The notes under the pieces are model-generated. The model ran no database searches. It worked only from the letters and a program-made list of their open reading frames with translations, and was not told where the DNA came from. The position numbers and the translations under genes were made by a program. From Octopus sinensis (lineage: Eukaryota): 64,000 nucleotides of DNA. This document shows positions 1 through 11,920 of this stretch, piece by piece (the first letter of the stretch is position 1; each line of letters starts with the position of its first letter). The stretch lies in the NCBI RefSeq assembly GCF_006345805.1, contig NC_043015.1:12152001-12216000 (forward strand). Reading direction: 5' to 3'.

Positions 1-397
1 TCAACTCATAGCTCTGAAAGAAAATACTTGCCCATGGTGCCGCAAAGTAGGAACGAAACCGAAACCACATCGTTTCGAAGCGAACTTCTTAATCAAATGA
101 CCTTGCCAGCAGCCAAAGAGGTAACCAAAAGTGCGATACGGTGAAGGTCACATATAACCAGACATCTGTTCGAGCGTGGCTGGCTTTCGGTTAAACAACA
201 GCAACTATCCACTTCAGTCTAATACTGAATTACAGTTGAGCCAACGAAGTAGCCCTCTATATGGTCTCTCAACAAGCTAGAAATAAAAGCTAAATCTTTC
301 ATAAAACGTTAGAGAATGTGATCTAAGGTTCCCAGCACTTATGAGAAAATACAAGGTGGTCATGGTAGGAAAATCATTATATTATACTATTAATAAA

Positions 398-609
398 GGC
401 GGTAAGCTGGCAAAATCGTTAACACACCGGGGAAATGCTTAGCGGCATTTCGTCCGTCTTTTACATTCTGAGTTCAAATTCCACCGAGGTCGACTTTGCT
501 TTTCATCCTTTTGGGATCGATAAAATAAGTAACAGTTGAGCACTGGGGTCGATGTAATCGACTTACACCCTTCCTTGAAATTGCTGGCCTTGTGCCAAAA
601 TTTGAAACC
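398..609 (+). mobile_element. tRNA-headed SINE family A (CORE-like body)
   Basis: Head GGCGGTAAGCTGGCAAAATCG (A-box-like) and GAGTTCAAATTCC (B-box-like), then GTCGACTTTGCTTTTCATCCTTT..GATAAAATAAGT; more than 15 copies in the window. Confidence 0.85.
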
Positions 610-1170
610 ATTATATTATCCTATGAATGTCACTTCACAAGAATGCCAGTCACACGCTTACTACCAGATGTACGACATGTAGCACCATGATGCCTTTCGG
701 TTACCCACGACCCCACGAGTCCTGATATACAGTCAGTTTATCTCCCTTTTAAGTCTAACCGTTAGACTTAAAAGGGAGCTAAACTAGTCTGTGCAAGCGT
801 AAGAATTTTCCGAGTGAATGCAATGCATGCTCTTGTGAAACATTGAAAGACTAGAAATACTGCTTCTATCAATGTAGCCTTCTGGCGATATAAACAAGCC
901 AGAAGGCTTGTCTATCGGCAGAATATTTTTGCTGATGTAGAGCATCACAAGGCTTCTCTGATTTTACTGTTTTACATAGCAGATAATTTATTTTATAAAT
1001 TGTTTACCGTTTTCAAATATGAATCACTATTTATTTTAGTTTATCAATTAATCTTTTCATTTCTTTACACAAAAAAAAATTGTTTTCGTGATTTATACTG
1101 AATTGATATTATACTGAATACTCAATATAGCTGAATTGATGATATTAATAGTATAATATAATTTTTAATT

Positions 1171-1777
1171 TTGTCACAAGGCTATAAAGTCCAGGGAAAG
1201 GTGTAAGTCGATTACATTGATCCAACCCCAGTGCTCAGCTGGTACTTAATTTATCAACCCTGAAAGGATAAAAGGCAAAGTCGACCTCGGCGGAATTTGA
1301 ACTCGGATCGTAAAGACGGACGAAATGCCGCTAAGCTTTTTGCCCAGTATGCTAACGATTCTTATTTCTTTATTACCCACAAAGTGCTAAACATAGACGG
1401 GACAAACAAGGACATACAAACGGATTAAGTTGATTACATCAACCCCAGTGCGAAACTGGTACTTAATTTATCGACCCCGAAAGGATGAAAGGCAAAGTCG
1501 ACCTCAGCGGAATTTGAACTCACAACGTAGCGGCAGACGAAATACCTATTTCTTTACTACCCACAAGGGGCTAAACACAGAGGGGACAAGCAAGGACACT
1601 CAAACGGATTAAGTCGATTACATCGACCCCAGTGCGTAACTGGTACTTAATTTATCGACCCCGAAAGAATGAAAGGCGAAGTCGACCTCGGCAGAATTTG
1701 AACTCAGAACGTAACGGCAGACGAAATACGGATACACATTTCGCCCGGCGTGCTAACGCTTCTGCCAGCTCGCCGCC
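1171..1777 (-). mobile_element. SINE family A trimer (one headed unit, two units with little or no head)
   Basis: Three ~190 bp units joined by the ACCCACAAGGGGCTAAACACAGAGGGGACAA spacer. Confidence 0.85.
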
Positions 1778-2266
1778 TTGGTTTGTCCATCTTAGCCGCC
1801 CTTTTTTTTTATCTCAGATTTTTAGGTCCTCAATTTCTTTTTCAGACAGGGATAACAAAAAAATCATCACGATTCTGCCAACTCGACGCCTTTATTAAAA
1901 GTATAATATAATGATTATTAGACACAAAACCAGACATTTGTGGAGAAGAAATAGTTGATTATATCAAGCGCATTATTTTGTGCTGATATGTATTTTATCG
2001 ACCCTGAAGGTATGGAAGGCAAAGTTGATCACGGCTGGATTTGAACTCTAAACATAAAGAACCGGAATGAATACTGAAAAGTATTTTGTCCGAGGCTCTA
2101 AAATTCTGCAAATATTACAGTTTTAACGGCAATATATGCATAAAATATATATAGACGCATTTATGTATGCCTGAGACATAACTTAAATCATACGCTTATG
2201 TAAGGCTAATGTGAATAACTAACTCTTCAAGCGCTCCTGATGTATGCATACATATATATGTATGTA

Positions 2267-2543
2267 AAATCGTGAGTTCAATTCCTGGCGACGCGTTGTG
2301 TCCTTGAGCAAAACACTTTATTTCACGTTGCTCCAGTCCACTCAGCTGGCAGAAATGAGTAGTACCTGTATTTCAAAGGGCCGGCCTTGTCACTCTCTGT
2401 GTCACGCTGAATCTCCCTGAGAACTACATTAAGGGTACATGTGTTTGTGGATTGCTCAGCCACTTGCACGTTAATTTCACGAGCAAGCTGTTCCGTTGAT
2501 CGTATCAGCCGGGACCCTCGTCGTCGTAACCGATGGAGTGCTC
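2267..2543 (+). mobile_element. tRNA-headed SINE family C, 5'-truncated
   Basis: GAGTTCAATTCC B-box, GTGTCCTTGAGCAAAACACTTTATTTCACGTTGCTCCAGTCCACTCAGCTGG body; homologous to 3536-3861. Confidence 0.8.
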
Positions 2544-2769
2544 CTCTAATACTACAAGCATAATGTAGTATGGACGTTTATCACAAAGTGTAGGAGGGCT
2601 TATAAGGAATGGCCCTGCCCTTCATCTTGACCCAGAACGTTAAGTAGATCCCTCGTGCAGAAGTTTCTTCTTATGTTTACAAGCACAAGAGAGTACACTA
2701 TGATTCGTGAATGAATTGTTTGATATTTCTCAAATGTGCAAGAAAGCAGCGATATAATCTCGTTGCATA

Positions 2770-3069
2770 CGAGGTCTGATCAAAAAAACGCATCGGGACA
2801 GTTGCTATGGTAACGGAGCTAAAGTGCGCAGAGTGAAGTCGCTTGGCGCAGATTGAGCTTGAACTCTGTCACGCATTGACACTAAGTTATAATATTCTCG
2901 CTCTCTTCCGTTGTTTATAGTAGTGCTTGGAAGTAAAGTGTGTAGAGTGTGGTCATCTCACCACACTGCAGAGGTTCCATCAGTGAGCATGACAGAGAAA
3001 ATATGTATGTGTGTGAGAGAGAGACAGAGAGACAGAGAGAGAGAAAGAGAGAGAGAGACAGAGAGAGAG

Positions 3070-3100
<31 letters not shown>

Positions 3101-3180
3101 AGAGAGAGAGAGAGAAAGAGAGAGAAAGAGAGAGAGCGAGAAAGAGAGAGAGCGAGAAAGAGAGAGCGTGAGAAAGAGAG

Positions 3181-3213
<33 letters not shown>

Positions 3214-3513
3214 TGTGTGTGTATGTGCTTGAAAAGAGACACGGCTTGAAGGCTATTACGGTCAAGAATTTTTCCAAAACTCACATCCCACTTGAAAAGA
3301 ACAAGATTTCAAGACGTCGTGGAAATCCAAGGGAATGCAACGAAGCATTCCCAAATAAAGGAGTTCCAGGAAAGAGTCCATCAATGGAAACGACACTGGA
3401 TATAGTGTGTAGCTTCAGAAGGGGACGGCTTCGAAGGAGATTAAATACGAATTGGTTTGTGTTGTGGTTTTCTTTTTATAACACCAGTCCTGATTCTTTT
3501 TGATCAGATCTTA
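2770..3513 (+). mobile_element. Internally deleted mariner element with an internal (GA)n tract
   Basis: TA|CGAGGTCTGATCAAAAA ... TTTTTGATCAGATCTTA|TA imperfect TIRs; 3270-3450 translates to FPKLTSHLKRTRFQDVVEIQ...QWKRHWI*CVASEGDGFEGD, a mariner C-terminus. Confidence 0.8.
3011..3212. repeat. (GA)n/(GAAA)n compound microsatellite
   Basis: Direct reading. Confidence 0.95.
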
Positions 3514-3535
3514 TATGCACCCATGTATACGTAAA

Positions 3536-3861
3536 ACCGGCACTCCGTCGGTTACGACGAGGAGGGTTCCAGTTGATCCGATCAACGGAACAGCTTGCTC
3601 GTGAAATTAATGTGCAAGTGGCTGAGTACTCCACAGTCACGCGTGCCCTTAACGTAGTTCACTGGGAACATCAGCGTGACACAGAATGTGACAAGGCTGG
3701 CCCTTTTGAATTAGAGGTACTACTCATTTTTGATAGCTGAGTGGACTGGATGGAACAATGTGAAATAAAGTGTCTTGCTCAAGGACACAACGCGTCACCT
3801 GGAATTGAACTCACGACCTTACGATCCTGAGCCGAATTCCCTAACCACTAAAGCACGCGCC
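3536..3861 (-). mobile_element. tRNA-headed SINE family C, full length
   Basis: Reverse complement starts GGCGCGTGCTTTAGTGGTTAGG..GAGTTCAATTCC; body matches 2267-2543. Confidence 0.85.
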
Positions 3862-3960
3862 ATACGTACACAAGACACAAAGTACAATTTTAAGAGAAAT
3901 TATCACTGCAATAACTAGCAAGGCCAAAAGTAATACAGTGGTGTAACACTGTGACTCAAA

Positions 3961-4014
<54 letters not shown>

Positions 4015-4852
4015 TGTATGTGTGTATGTGTGTGTGTGTTTGTTGTGTGTGTGTGTGTGTGTGTGTATGTGTTTGTGCGTGTGCCTACATAGAGAGTATT
4101 GGCTGGATTGACGGAAATCTGGGTGCTACTTCTAACTCAGATATCTTCTTGTGAAATTCCATGGAGTATCAGTTGTGCATACAAAAGACATGGAAGAAAA
4201 GGAGATGTGATATGAGGGAGATTTAACTAATATTCTTATCCTGTCTAGCAAAGATGTAGATGTTTTCCCACCCCACCAGATTCTTTCACATCTTATGCGT
4301 TTTCGTAAGATTTGTATGCGTGAATGTGTGTATATTGCACACACCCCATCATACACACCATCACGCACACACAGACACACGCACACACACACACACACAC
4401 ATACATACATACATACATACATACATACATACATACATACATACATACATACATACATACATACACACATACATACATACACACATATATATAAAGACAG
4501 AGATTCACAAAAATTAAAGTGTCTAGTTCTGTGTGTATGTGTTATGGACAAAAATGAGAACGACAGAGAGATGTGGAATGAGAGGGAAAACGAGTAAAAA
4601 AGGCAGACATATACACACCACAAGCATAAACACACTCACAAGCACATACATACAAATAGGCTCAAATGCATACACACTTATAACCGAATGTGTTTGTGGT
4701 AATATGTTAATAACAATAATGATATTCGCAATCTGTCGAACATCTCTTGAAGAATCAATTTTGCATTATTGTAGAGACATCTGAAAAAAAGATGCACAAA
4801 CATTCTAATAGTAACAAACTTAAAATTTATTAAAATACTCACCGTTTTTATA

Positions 4853-5270
4853 GAGTGGCTGTGTGGTAAGTAGCTTGCTAACCAACCACATGGTTCCGGG
4901 TTCAGTCCCACTGCGTGGCATCTTGGGCAAGTGTCTTCTGCTATAGCCCCGGGCCGACCAATGCCTTGTGAGTAGATTTGGTAGACGGAAACTGAAAGAT
5001 GCCTGTCGTATATATGTATATATATATACATGTGTGTGTGTGTGTTTGTGTGTCTGTATTTGTCCCTCTAGCATTGCTTGACAACCGATGCTGGTGTGTT
5101 TACGTCCCCGTCACTTAGCGGGTCGGCAAAAGAGACCGATAGAATAAGTACTGGGCTTACAAAAAATAAGTCCCGGGGTCGATTTGCTCGACTAAAAGGC
5201 GGTGCCCCAGCATAGCCGCAGTCAAATTACTGAAACGAGTAAAAGAGTAAAAGAGTAAGAGTATGTTCTG
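4853..5270 (+). mobile_element. Bipartite tRNA-headed SINE family B with internal microsatellite
   Basis: GAGTGGCTGTGTGGTAAG..GGGTTCAGTCCC head, (TA)/(TG) core, GATAGAATAAGTAC..GGGGTCGATTTG tail, (TAAAAGAG)n end. Confidence 0.9.
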
Positions 5271-5284
5271 TTGACATATATACT

Positions 5285-5700
5285 TGTTCGAATGCCTGAC
5301 ACACGACCACCCAAAAACTGTTTTACGGTGAATTGGCAGAAGGCAAGCGCAGAGAAGGTGGGCAGAAAAAGCGCTTGAAACATTCACTCAAAGCGTCACT
5401 GAAGTGATTTTAAATCAACCCCAACACCTGGAAAATATAAGCACAGGACAGCACTTCCTGGCGTAGCTACACCAACAGAAATGCCATCTCCAAGGATCAC
5501 AGGATCACAAAGAAAACGTGAGTAGTGCAAGTCCAGATCCAACTCCTTGCCTTCATTCCCAGCAGACCACTGGTTCCCAGCCTGCGGCAGAATCTTCCGA
5601 GCACGTATCGGCCTGATCGATCACAGCAAGAGGCACCGTGACCCATCTTCTTCTCCTATGTGATATCCAAAGTCATCGTCGACAACGACGAACGAACCTT
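5285..5700 (+). mobile_element. RTE-BovB-like LINE, decayed 3' end
   Basis: With frameshifts reads RMPDTRPPK/LFYGELAEGKRREGGQKKRLKHSLKASLK ... CGRIFRARIGLIDHSKRH (C-terminal CxxC/RIGL/H motif). Confidence 0.85.
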
Positions 5701-6903
5701 ATGTTGAATAACCAGTGTTTTGTGTTCATCATTGTTATTGCTGTTCAATGTCACATGCTAACAGCCGTCACACAAAGACGAACAATGAAATATACAGTAT
5801 GGATGGATTGAGACTGAAGTATATGTTTCTTCTTGGAACACTCAGGTTTCCTGTGCCGAAACAAAACTTCTGGGCAAACGTCACCGATATTATGACGTCA
5901 TAATCATAATATTCTAATATTTAAACTTGATGACAGATGCTTAAATGCAATTCTTGTACACATTTTACATTCACTCTCACACACATATACACACACATTT
6001 GTGCGTGTGTGTGCGTGTGTGTGTGTGTGCGTGTGTGTGCATGTGGGCATGCGTGTGTGTGCATTTAAGGTAAAGTGGTTGAGCCGTTAGAACATCGGAC
6101 AGATTGACTTAAGGTAATCGTTTCAACTCTCTACGCTCAAAGTTCAAATCACTCCGAGGTAAACTTCGTCTGTCATATTTTGGTATTGATGAATAAAATC
6201 TCAGTCCTGGCCAGTGGATTCTTCTTCTGTATTTCTTTGTGGCAGAAATCGATTCAGATCTGATTTTGAATGAACTCTGCCTGATTTAAATGATCCAGAC
6301 ACATTGCACGTCACAAAAGCACCAGGGTAAATGTAACACTGTTGTCTTTATGTCCAAAAGTATGCTCATCTGCTGCTCAATTGAAAATTCATTCTGGACG
6401 AGTTCACCAGGCTGGGGCTGCTGTTGAGGTAGTTCTTGACAAAATTATATTCCATATTTGCCACTAAAAAACTCTTTTAAACTAAATCAGGGCTAGGTAG
6501 TTATCTGAGGACCCATGTTCGGGAGCCACCTTGAAGGGTTTTAGTCCAACAAATCAATCCCCAGACCTTTTTTTTTTTTTAAGCGTGGTACTTATTCTAT
6601 CGGCGCTTTCGCCTGACCGCTTTGTTACGGGGCTGTAAACAAACCAGCACCGGCTGTCAAGTGGTGATAGGGAACAGACACAAACGCGTATGTATGTATG
6701 CATGTACGTATGTATGTATGCATGTATGTGTGTATACATACACACACACACACATACATACATACATACATACATACATACATACATACATACATACATA
6801 CATACATACAGGAGAGTATTGTAGCTCGCTTGAAGCATTGTGTATTGTTTGTAAAGAATAAAAAGTTTCGGATGGTACAACAATGCACTATAATATAAAC
6901 AAG

Positions 6904-7083
6904 ACAATGCGTTATATACCTGTTGTAATTTAGTCATCCACAGTTGATATGATATTTCGGAATAAAATTCCTTCTTCAGATATTCTTAGATGGAGTCTCT
7001 AAGAATATCTGAATAAGGAATTTTATTCCAAATTATCATCAGACTATGGAAGACTAAATTACAACAGGTATATAACCCATTGT
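6904..7083. repeat. Foldback palindrome (~87 bp arms, 7 nt loop), Penelope-like terminal repeat remnant
   Basis: Arms 6904-6990 and 6998-7083 are reverse complements with a diverged middle segment. Confidence 0.85.
6947..6983 (-). ncRNA. Minimal hammerhead ribozyme motif with canonical core
   Basis: Minus strand atat-CTGAAGA-a-GGAAT ttt ATTCC-GAAA-T-ATC-atat. Confidence 0.7.
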
Positions 7084-7085
7084 GC

Positions 7086-7332
7086 AGGCGCGTGGCTTAG
7101 TGGTTAGGGTGTCAGCATCAATCTTACGATTGTGATTTCGATTCCTGGACCGGGCGACGCGTTGTGTTCTTGAGCAAAACACTCATTTCACGTTGCTCCA
7201 GTTCACTAAGCTGGCGAAAATGAGTAACGCTGCGATGGACTGGCGTTCCGTCCAGCTCCGGGGGAACACACACGCCATTGAAACCGGGAAACCGGGCCCA
7301 TGAGCCTGGCTAGGCTTTAAAAGGGGTGCATT
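7086..7332 (+). mobile_element. tRNA-headed SINE family C, alternative tail
   Basis: GGCGCGTGGCTTAGTGGTTAGG head, family C body, GGGCCCATGAGCCTGGCTAGGCTTT tail; inverted copy at 50508-50752. Confidence 0.85.
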
Positions 7333-7468
7333 AAGAATTATTAATATAGCCCATTGTTTGTATGTATTATAGTGCATTGTCGTACCATTCAAAGCTTTTT
7401 TAGTCTATACATACATACATACATACATACATACATACATACATACATACATACATACATACATACAT

Positions 7469-7633
7469 AGGCGCAGGAGTGGCTGTGTGGTAAGTAGCTT
7501 GTTTACCAACCACATGGTTCCGGGTTCAGTCACACTGCGTGGCATCTTGGGCAAGTGTCTTCTACTATAGCCCCGGGCCGACCAATGCCTTGTGAGTGGA
7601 TTTGGTAGACGGAAACTGAAAGAAGCCCGTCGG

Positions 7634-7694
<61 letters not shown>

Positions 7695-7905
7695 TGTGTC
7701 TGTGTTTGTCCCCCTAGCATTGCTTGACAACCGATGCTGGTGTGTTTATGTCCCCGTTACTTAGCGGTTCGGCAAAAAGAGACCGATAGAATAAGTACTG
7801 GGCTTACAAAAGAATAAGTCCCGGGGTCGATTTGCTCGACTAAAGGCGGTGCTCCAGCATGGCCGCAGTCAAATGACTGAAACAAGTAAAAGAGTAAAAG
7901 AGTAA
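7469..7905 (+). mobile_element. SINE family B
   Basis: Full head, (TA)(TG) core and tail as at 4853-5270. Confidence 0.9.
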
Positions 7906-8166
7906 GATACATACATACATACATACATACATACACACACACACATATACATACATACATACATATGTGAAATGTTATATAATGCGACTCTCACAGCGGA
8001 ACATTCCCTTCGCCAGCTGTCGGCTGCAAATCACAACGGACTTCAGTATCTTCCAACAGCATCGCTTGCTCTAGTGATACCGACCGGTATTGATGCTGCG
8101 AGAGAATGTCCGAATTGTTTGGGCATATACTGTAGTTTGCTCTTCTTTCTTTCTTTCTTTTCTTTT

Positions 8167-8202
<36 letters not shown>

Positions 8203-8572
8203 AGTCCCCGAAGCAGCCATCACCAAATATATATTAACAAGTAAAACAAAGATAAAAGATAAAACAATAAAGAAAAAAAAACGAAAAAAAAAGAAATTAA
8301 GTATCACACAAATATAAAGAGAGAAAAAAATTATTTTAAAAAAAAGGCAACAAAAACAAAATCTAACACAAACATTCAAACCCACCTCTAATTAAAAATA
8401 TAAACATTATTCAAATATACAACGTTACATGATTAAAAAAAATACTGGTCACCTTTAATTCTATCATAAAAACACTTTAAATCCATGAATTTTCAAATTT
8501 AATTACAACAATCTTTTGCCAAGCGTCTCTCTTTTTCTCTTTGTCTCTCTCTCTTATCTCTTTGTTTAGTTT

Positions 8573-9050
8573 TTAAATCGATAACGATCTCTCACCAACT
8601 GTATGGATATACTCTTTTGTTGGTTCGCAGGAATAACGTGTAGACACGTATCTGCTATTGAATTGCTCTTTGTAGAAAAACGGCGTATCGATCTCGTCGA
8701 AGTGTATAATGATTTTATTGTTATTATCTATCGATTTGCTGCTGAGATTTTGTCGTTCAAACTTGGTGTGTGTTTGCTGTAGGACATCGCTGCTTCTTCG
8801 CCGTCGTCGTTGTTGTTGTTGTTGTTGTGGGTGTTGTTGTTGTTGATTATATTTACGGCGATTCTCATGATGGTGGTAATCGTTGTTATAATTGTATTGA
8901 ATACGTTTTTCTCTCCTGCAAACACAGCAACATTTCTTGAACAACTGGGTTATACTACGACAGAACGAACCACGACCACCACCACCACTATTATTATTAT
9001 TATTATTGTTGTTATTGTTATTGTTATTATTAATGTTATTATTATTATAC
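8573..9050 (-). CDS. Possible terminal coding exon of an unidentified protein (poly-N/poly-Q low complexity)
   Basis: Stop-free frame through unique sequence (FCRSITQLFKKCCCVCRREKRIQ...RRRRRSSDVLQQTHTKFERQ...SLSI*); possible acceptor TGTTTGCAG|G with exon start at 8915; no homology recognised; the ORF-track start lies in a SINE. Confidence 0.35.
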
Positions 9051-9052
9051 AG

Positions 9053-9260
9053 ACGGCGAGTTGGCAGACTCCTTACCGCCTCGGGCAAAATACTTAGCGG
9101 CATTTCTTCCGGCTCTTTACGTTCTGAGTTCAAATTCCGCCGAGGTCAACTTTGCCTTTCATCCTTTCGGAGTTAATGAATTCAGTACCACACCAAGTAC
9201 TTTGGGTCGAAATAATCGACTAAACTCCGACAATCTTTTGTGTTGGTATCCTTTAATAAC
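9053..9260 (+). mobile_element. SINE family A
   Basis: GACGGCGAGTTGGCAGA head and body. Confidence 0.8.
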
Positions 9261-9701
9261 TGATACCCCGCCCAGTCCCCCCTCCCCTAATAGTAATTAC
9301 TATTTCACAGTTTGTTTGATTATCATTGCGGACGGCCAAATAAATCCACTTAACACGTTTCAGACGGAGTTCTTTCTTTTCTTAGATTCTAAATCCAAAT
9401 TCTGTTTCGATCCCTTTGGCCTTTCTTTGAGTTTGGGGTAGATAAAACAAATTCAGGTGTCAAGTTCTGGGTATAGACAATGTGGGGTAGATAAGAGACG
9501 TCAGTTGAAACTCCTGTAACTCTCAGCCTTCCCGCTTTCTTATCAATGATATTCACTTCTTGAAATTTGTATATTTCTCGTTCCTCTGTTAGAAAAATCT
9601 CTTTTGTTATATGGTTTGTTTTGCATTTAAATTTGTGCTATTATATATATGTATATATATATAGAGAGAGAGAGAGTATATACACACACACACACACACA
9701 G

Positions 9702-9740
<39 letters not shown>

Positions 9741-9926
9741 CACACACACACCGGTAAAGAGATGAAATGTAAGCGTTCGCAACTGAAAAAGTCGCAAGTT
9801 CGTGCCTTGTCATTGGTGTTTGGCGTTCAACTATGGAATATAAGATGCCTTATAGTGTGATGTAACAAGAGCGAGCTATTATACCTCTTACAAACGAATA
9901 ATCATGCGATAGACATATAAATATAC

Positions 9927-10003
<77 letters not shown>

Positions 10004-10168
10004 TAGCCAATAAAAACACACGCACTATATATTTGGTGTTACTTTGCTTCAGTGTTATTTATTTTTTATTGGCTAAACTGGCAAAATGACCATTCCTAAA
10101 TACAACAATATCTGTTTCAACACACGACTTCACATAAAAAATCTTGCACAACAAATATTTAAACGTAT

Positions 10169-10251
<83 letters not shown>

Positions 10252-10380
10252 CTTTACATAAATAAATAACGTGAAATACACGAAGGGACGAACATAAAAG
10301 ACAAACGGGTCATTCAAAGCCTTTGTTCTTCAGTCAGAAACTGATTCCTCATCGCAGATTTCGGCTGTTTAATATATATA

Positions 10381-10730
10381 GTGGTAAGTAGCTTGTTTAC
10401 CAACCACATGGTTCCCGGTTCAGTCCCACTGCGTGGCACCTTGGGCAAGTGTCTTTTACTATAGCCTCGGGTCGACCAAAGCCTTGTGAGTGGATTTGGT
10501 AGACGGAAACTGAAAGAAGCCCGTCGTATATATGTATATGTGTGTGTGTATATGTTTGTGTGCCTGTGTTTGTCCTCTCGCCAGCATCGCTTGACAGCCT
10601 ATGGTGATGTGTTTACGCTCCCGTAACTTAGCGGTTCAGCAAAAGAGACCGATAGAATAAGTACTAGGCTTTTCTCGACTAAAAGCGTGCTCCAGCATGG
10701 CCACAGTCAAATGACTGAAACAAGTAAAAG
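10381..10730 (+). mobile_element. SINE family B
   Basis: Head, core and tail match other copies. Confidence 0.85.
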
Positions 10731-10732
10731 CG

Positions 10733-10763
<31 letters not shown>

Positions 10764-11123
10764 TTTAAACTAGTATATATGCATACATATATACTGGTTT
10801 CAAATTATGGCACAAGGCCAGCAATTTTTTCGCTGGTGAGGATAAGTCGATTACATCGACCTCAGTGCTCAGCTGGTACTTATTTTATTAACCTAGAAAA
10901 GATGAAAGAGATAATCAACCTCGGCGGAATTTGAACTCAGAACGTAAAACCGGACGAAATGCTGCTAAGCACTTTGTTCGGCGTGCAAACGCTTTTGCCA
11001 GCTCGCCGCCTAACGCATACATATATATTACTAGCAAACAGTCTGCAGATACAAGTACTACCAGATGAAAGCTCTACATACCAGTAGGCTCGTGGGGCCT
11101 TCTTCTTAACGGTATTACTGTAA

Positions 11124-11572
11124 GGCGGCGAACTGGCAGAAGCGTTAGCACGCCGGGCGAAATACTTTGCAGTATTTCATCTGCCGTTACGTTGTGAGTT
11201 CAAATTCCGCCGAGGTCGACTTTGCCTTTCATCCTTTCGGGGTCGATAAATCAAGTACCAGTTACGCACTGGGGTCGATGTAATCGACTTAATACCTATG
11301 TCTGTCCTTGCTTGTCTCCTCTGTGTTTAGCCCCTTGTGGGTAATATAAAGAAATAAGAATCGTTAGCACGCCGTGCGAAATGCTTTGCGTTATTTCGTC
11401 TGCCGTTACGTTGTGAGTTCAAATTCCGCCGAGGTCGACTTTGCCTTTCATCCTTTCGGGGTCGATTAAATAAGTACCAGTTACGCGCTGGAGTCGATAT
11501 AATCGATTTAATTCGTTTGCCTGTCCTTGTTTGTCCTCTCTGTGTCTAGCCTCTTGTGGGTAGTAAAGAAAT
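11124..11572 (+). mobile_element. SINE family A dimer
   Basis: Two bodies joined by the CCCTTGTGGG spacer. Confidence 0.85.
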
Positions 11573-11744
11573 ATGTATTACTGTATGGAAAGGAGAATTC
11601 ATTCCCAAGTTTAATGTCACCATTTGGTCAACGGATGACTTTAGTGGAGTTCAATCTGTTGCAAGCATTTGGATCACGGCTCATGTTTGAGGATAAATTA
11701 CTATTTTCCTCATGCTAGTTTCAGAAGTACAGAAAAAAACTTAA

Positions 11745-11920
11745 GGCCCATCAGTGCTGCCCTTCTTGGACCCTGCTCTGTTTAACATTATCGCAAAACA
11801 AATCAAAGAAGAAAAAGATCAAATCTCATTCAAACGAAACCTGGACATATTTCTTCAAGAGATGCCAGATAAGCCACCAATGCCCGGATACACCTCGGTC
11901 AGCAACAACTCCTTACTTAA
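11745..11920 (+). mobile_element. CR1/L2-type LINE 3' remnant
   Basis: Reads GPALFNIIAKQIKEEKDQISFKRNLDIFLQEMPDKPPMPGYTSVSNNSLLK*, resembling the GPxLFN..FKxxLDxFL..PD C-terminus. Confidence 0.65.

Noticed and set aside
398-480. tRNA-like A and B boxes
   Set aside because: SINE heads with no complete cloverleaf; no tRNA, rRNA or CRISPR array was found
1430-1898. Recurrent MRNWYLIYRP and MWLVSKLLTTQP peptides
   Set aside because: Translations of SINE families A and B
10281-10375. CTGAAGA on the minus strand with a nearby hairpin
   Set aside because: GAAA lies upstream rather than after the hairpin; no hammerhead topology
659-11097. Shared short words TACTACCAGATG and CTCGTGGGG between 659-720 and 11056-11097
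   Set aside because: Too short and inconsistent in orientation to establish homology
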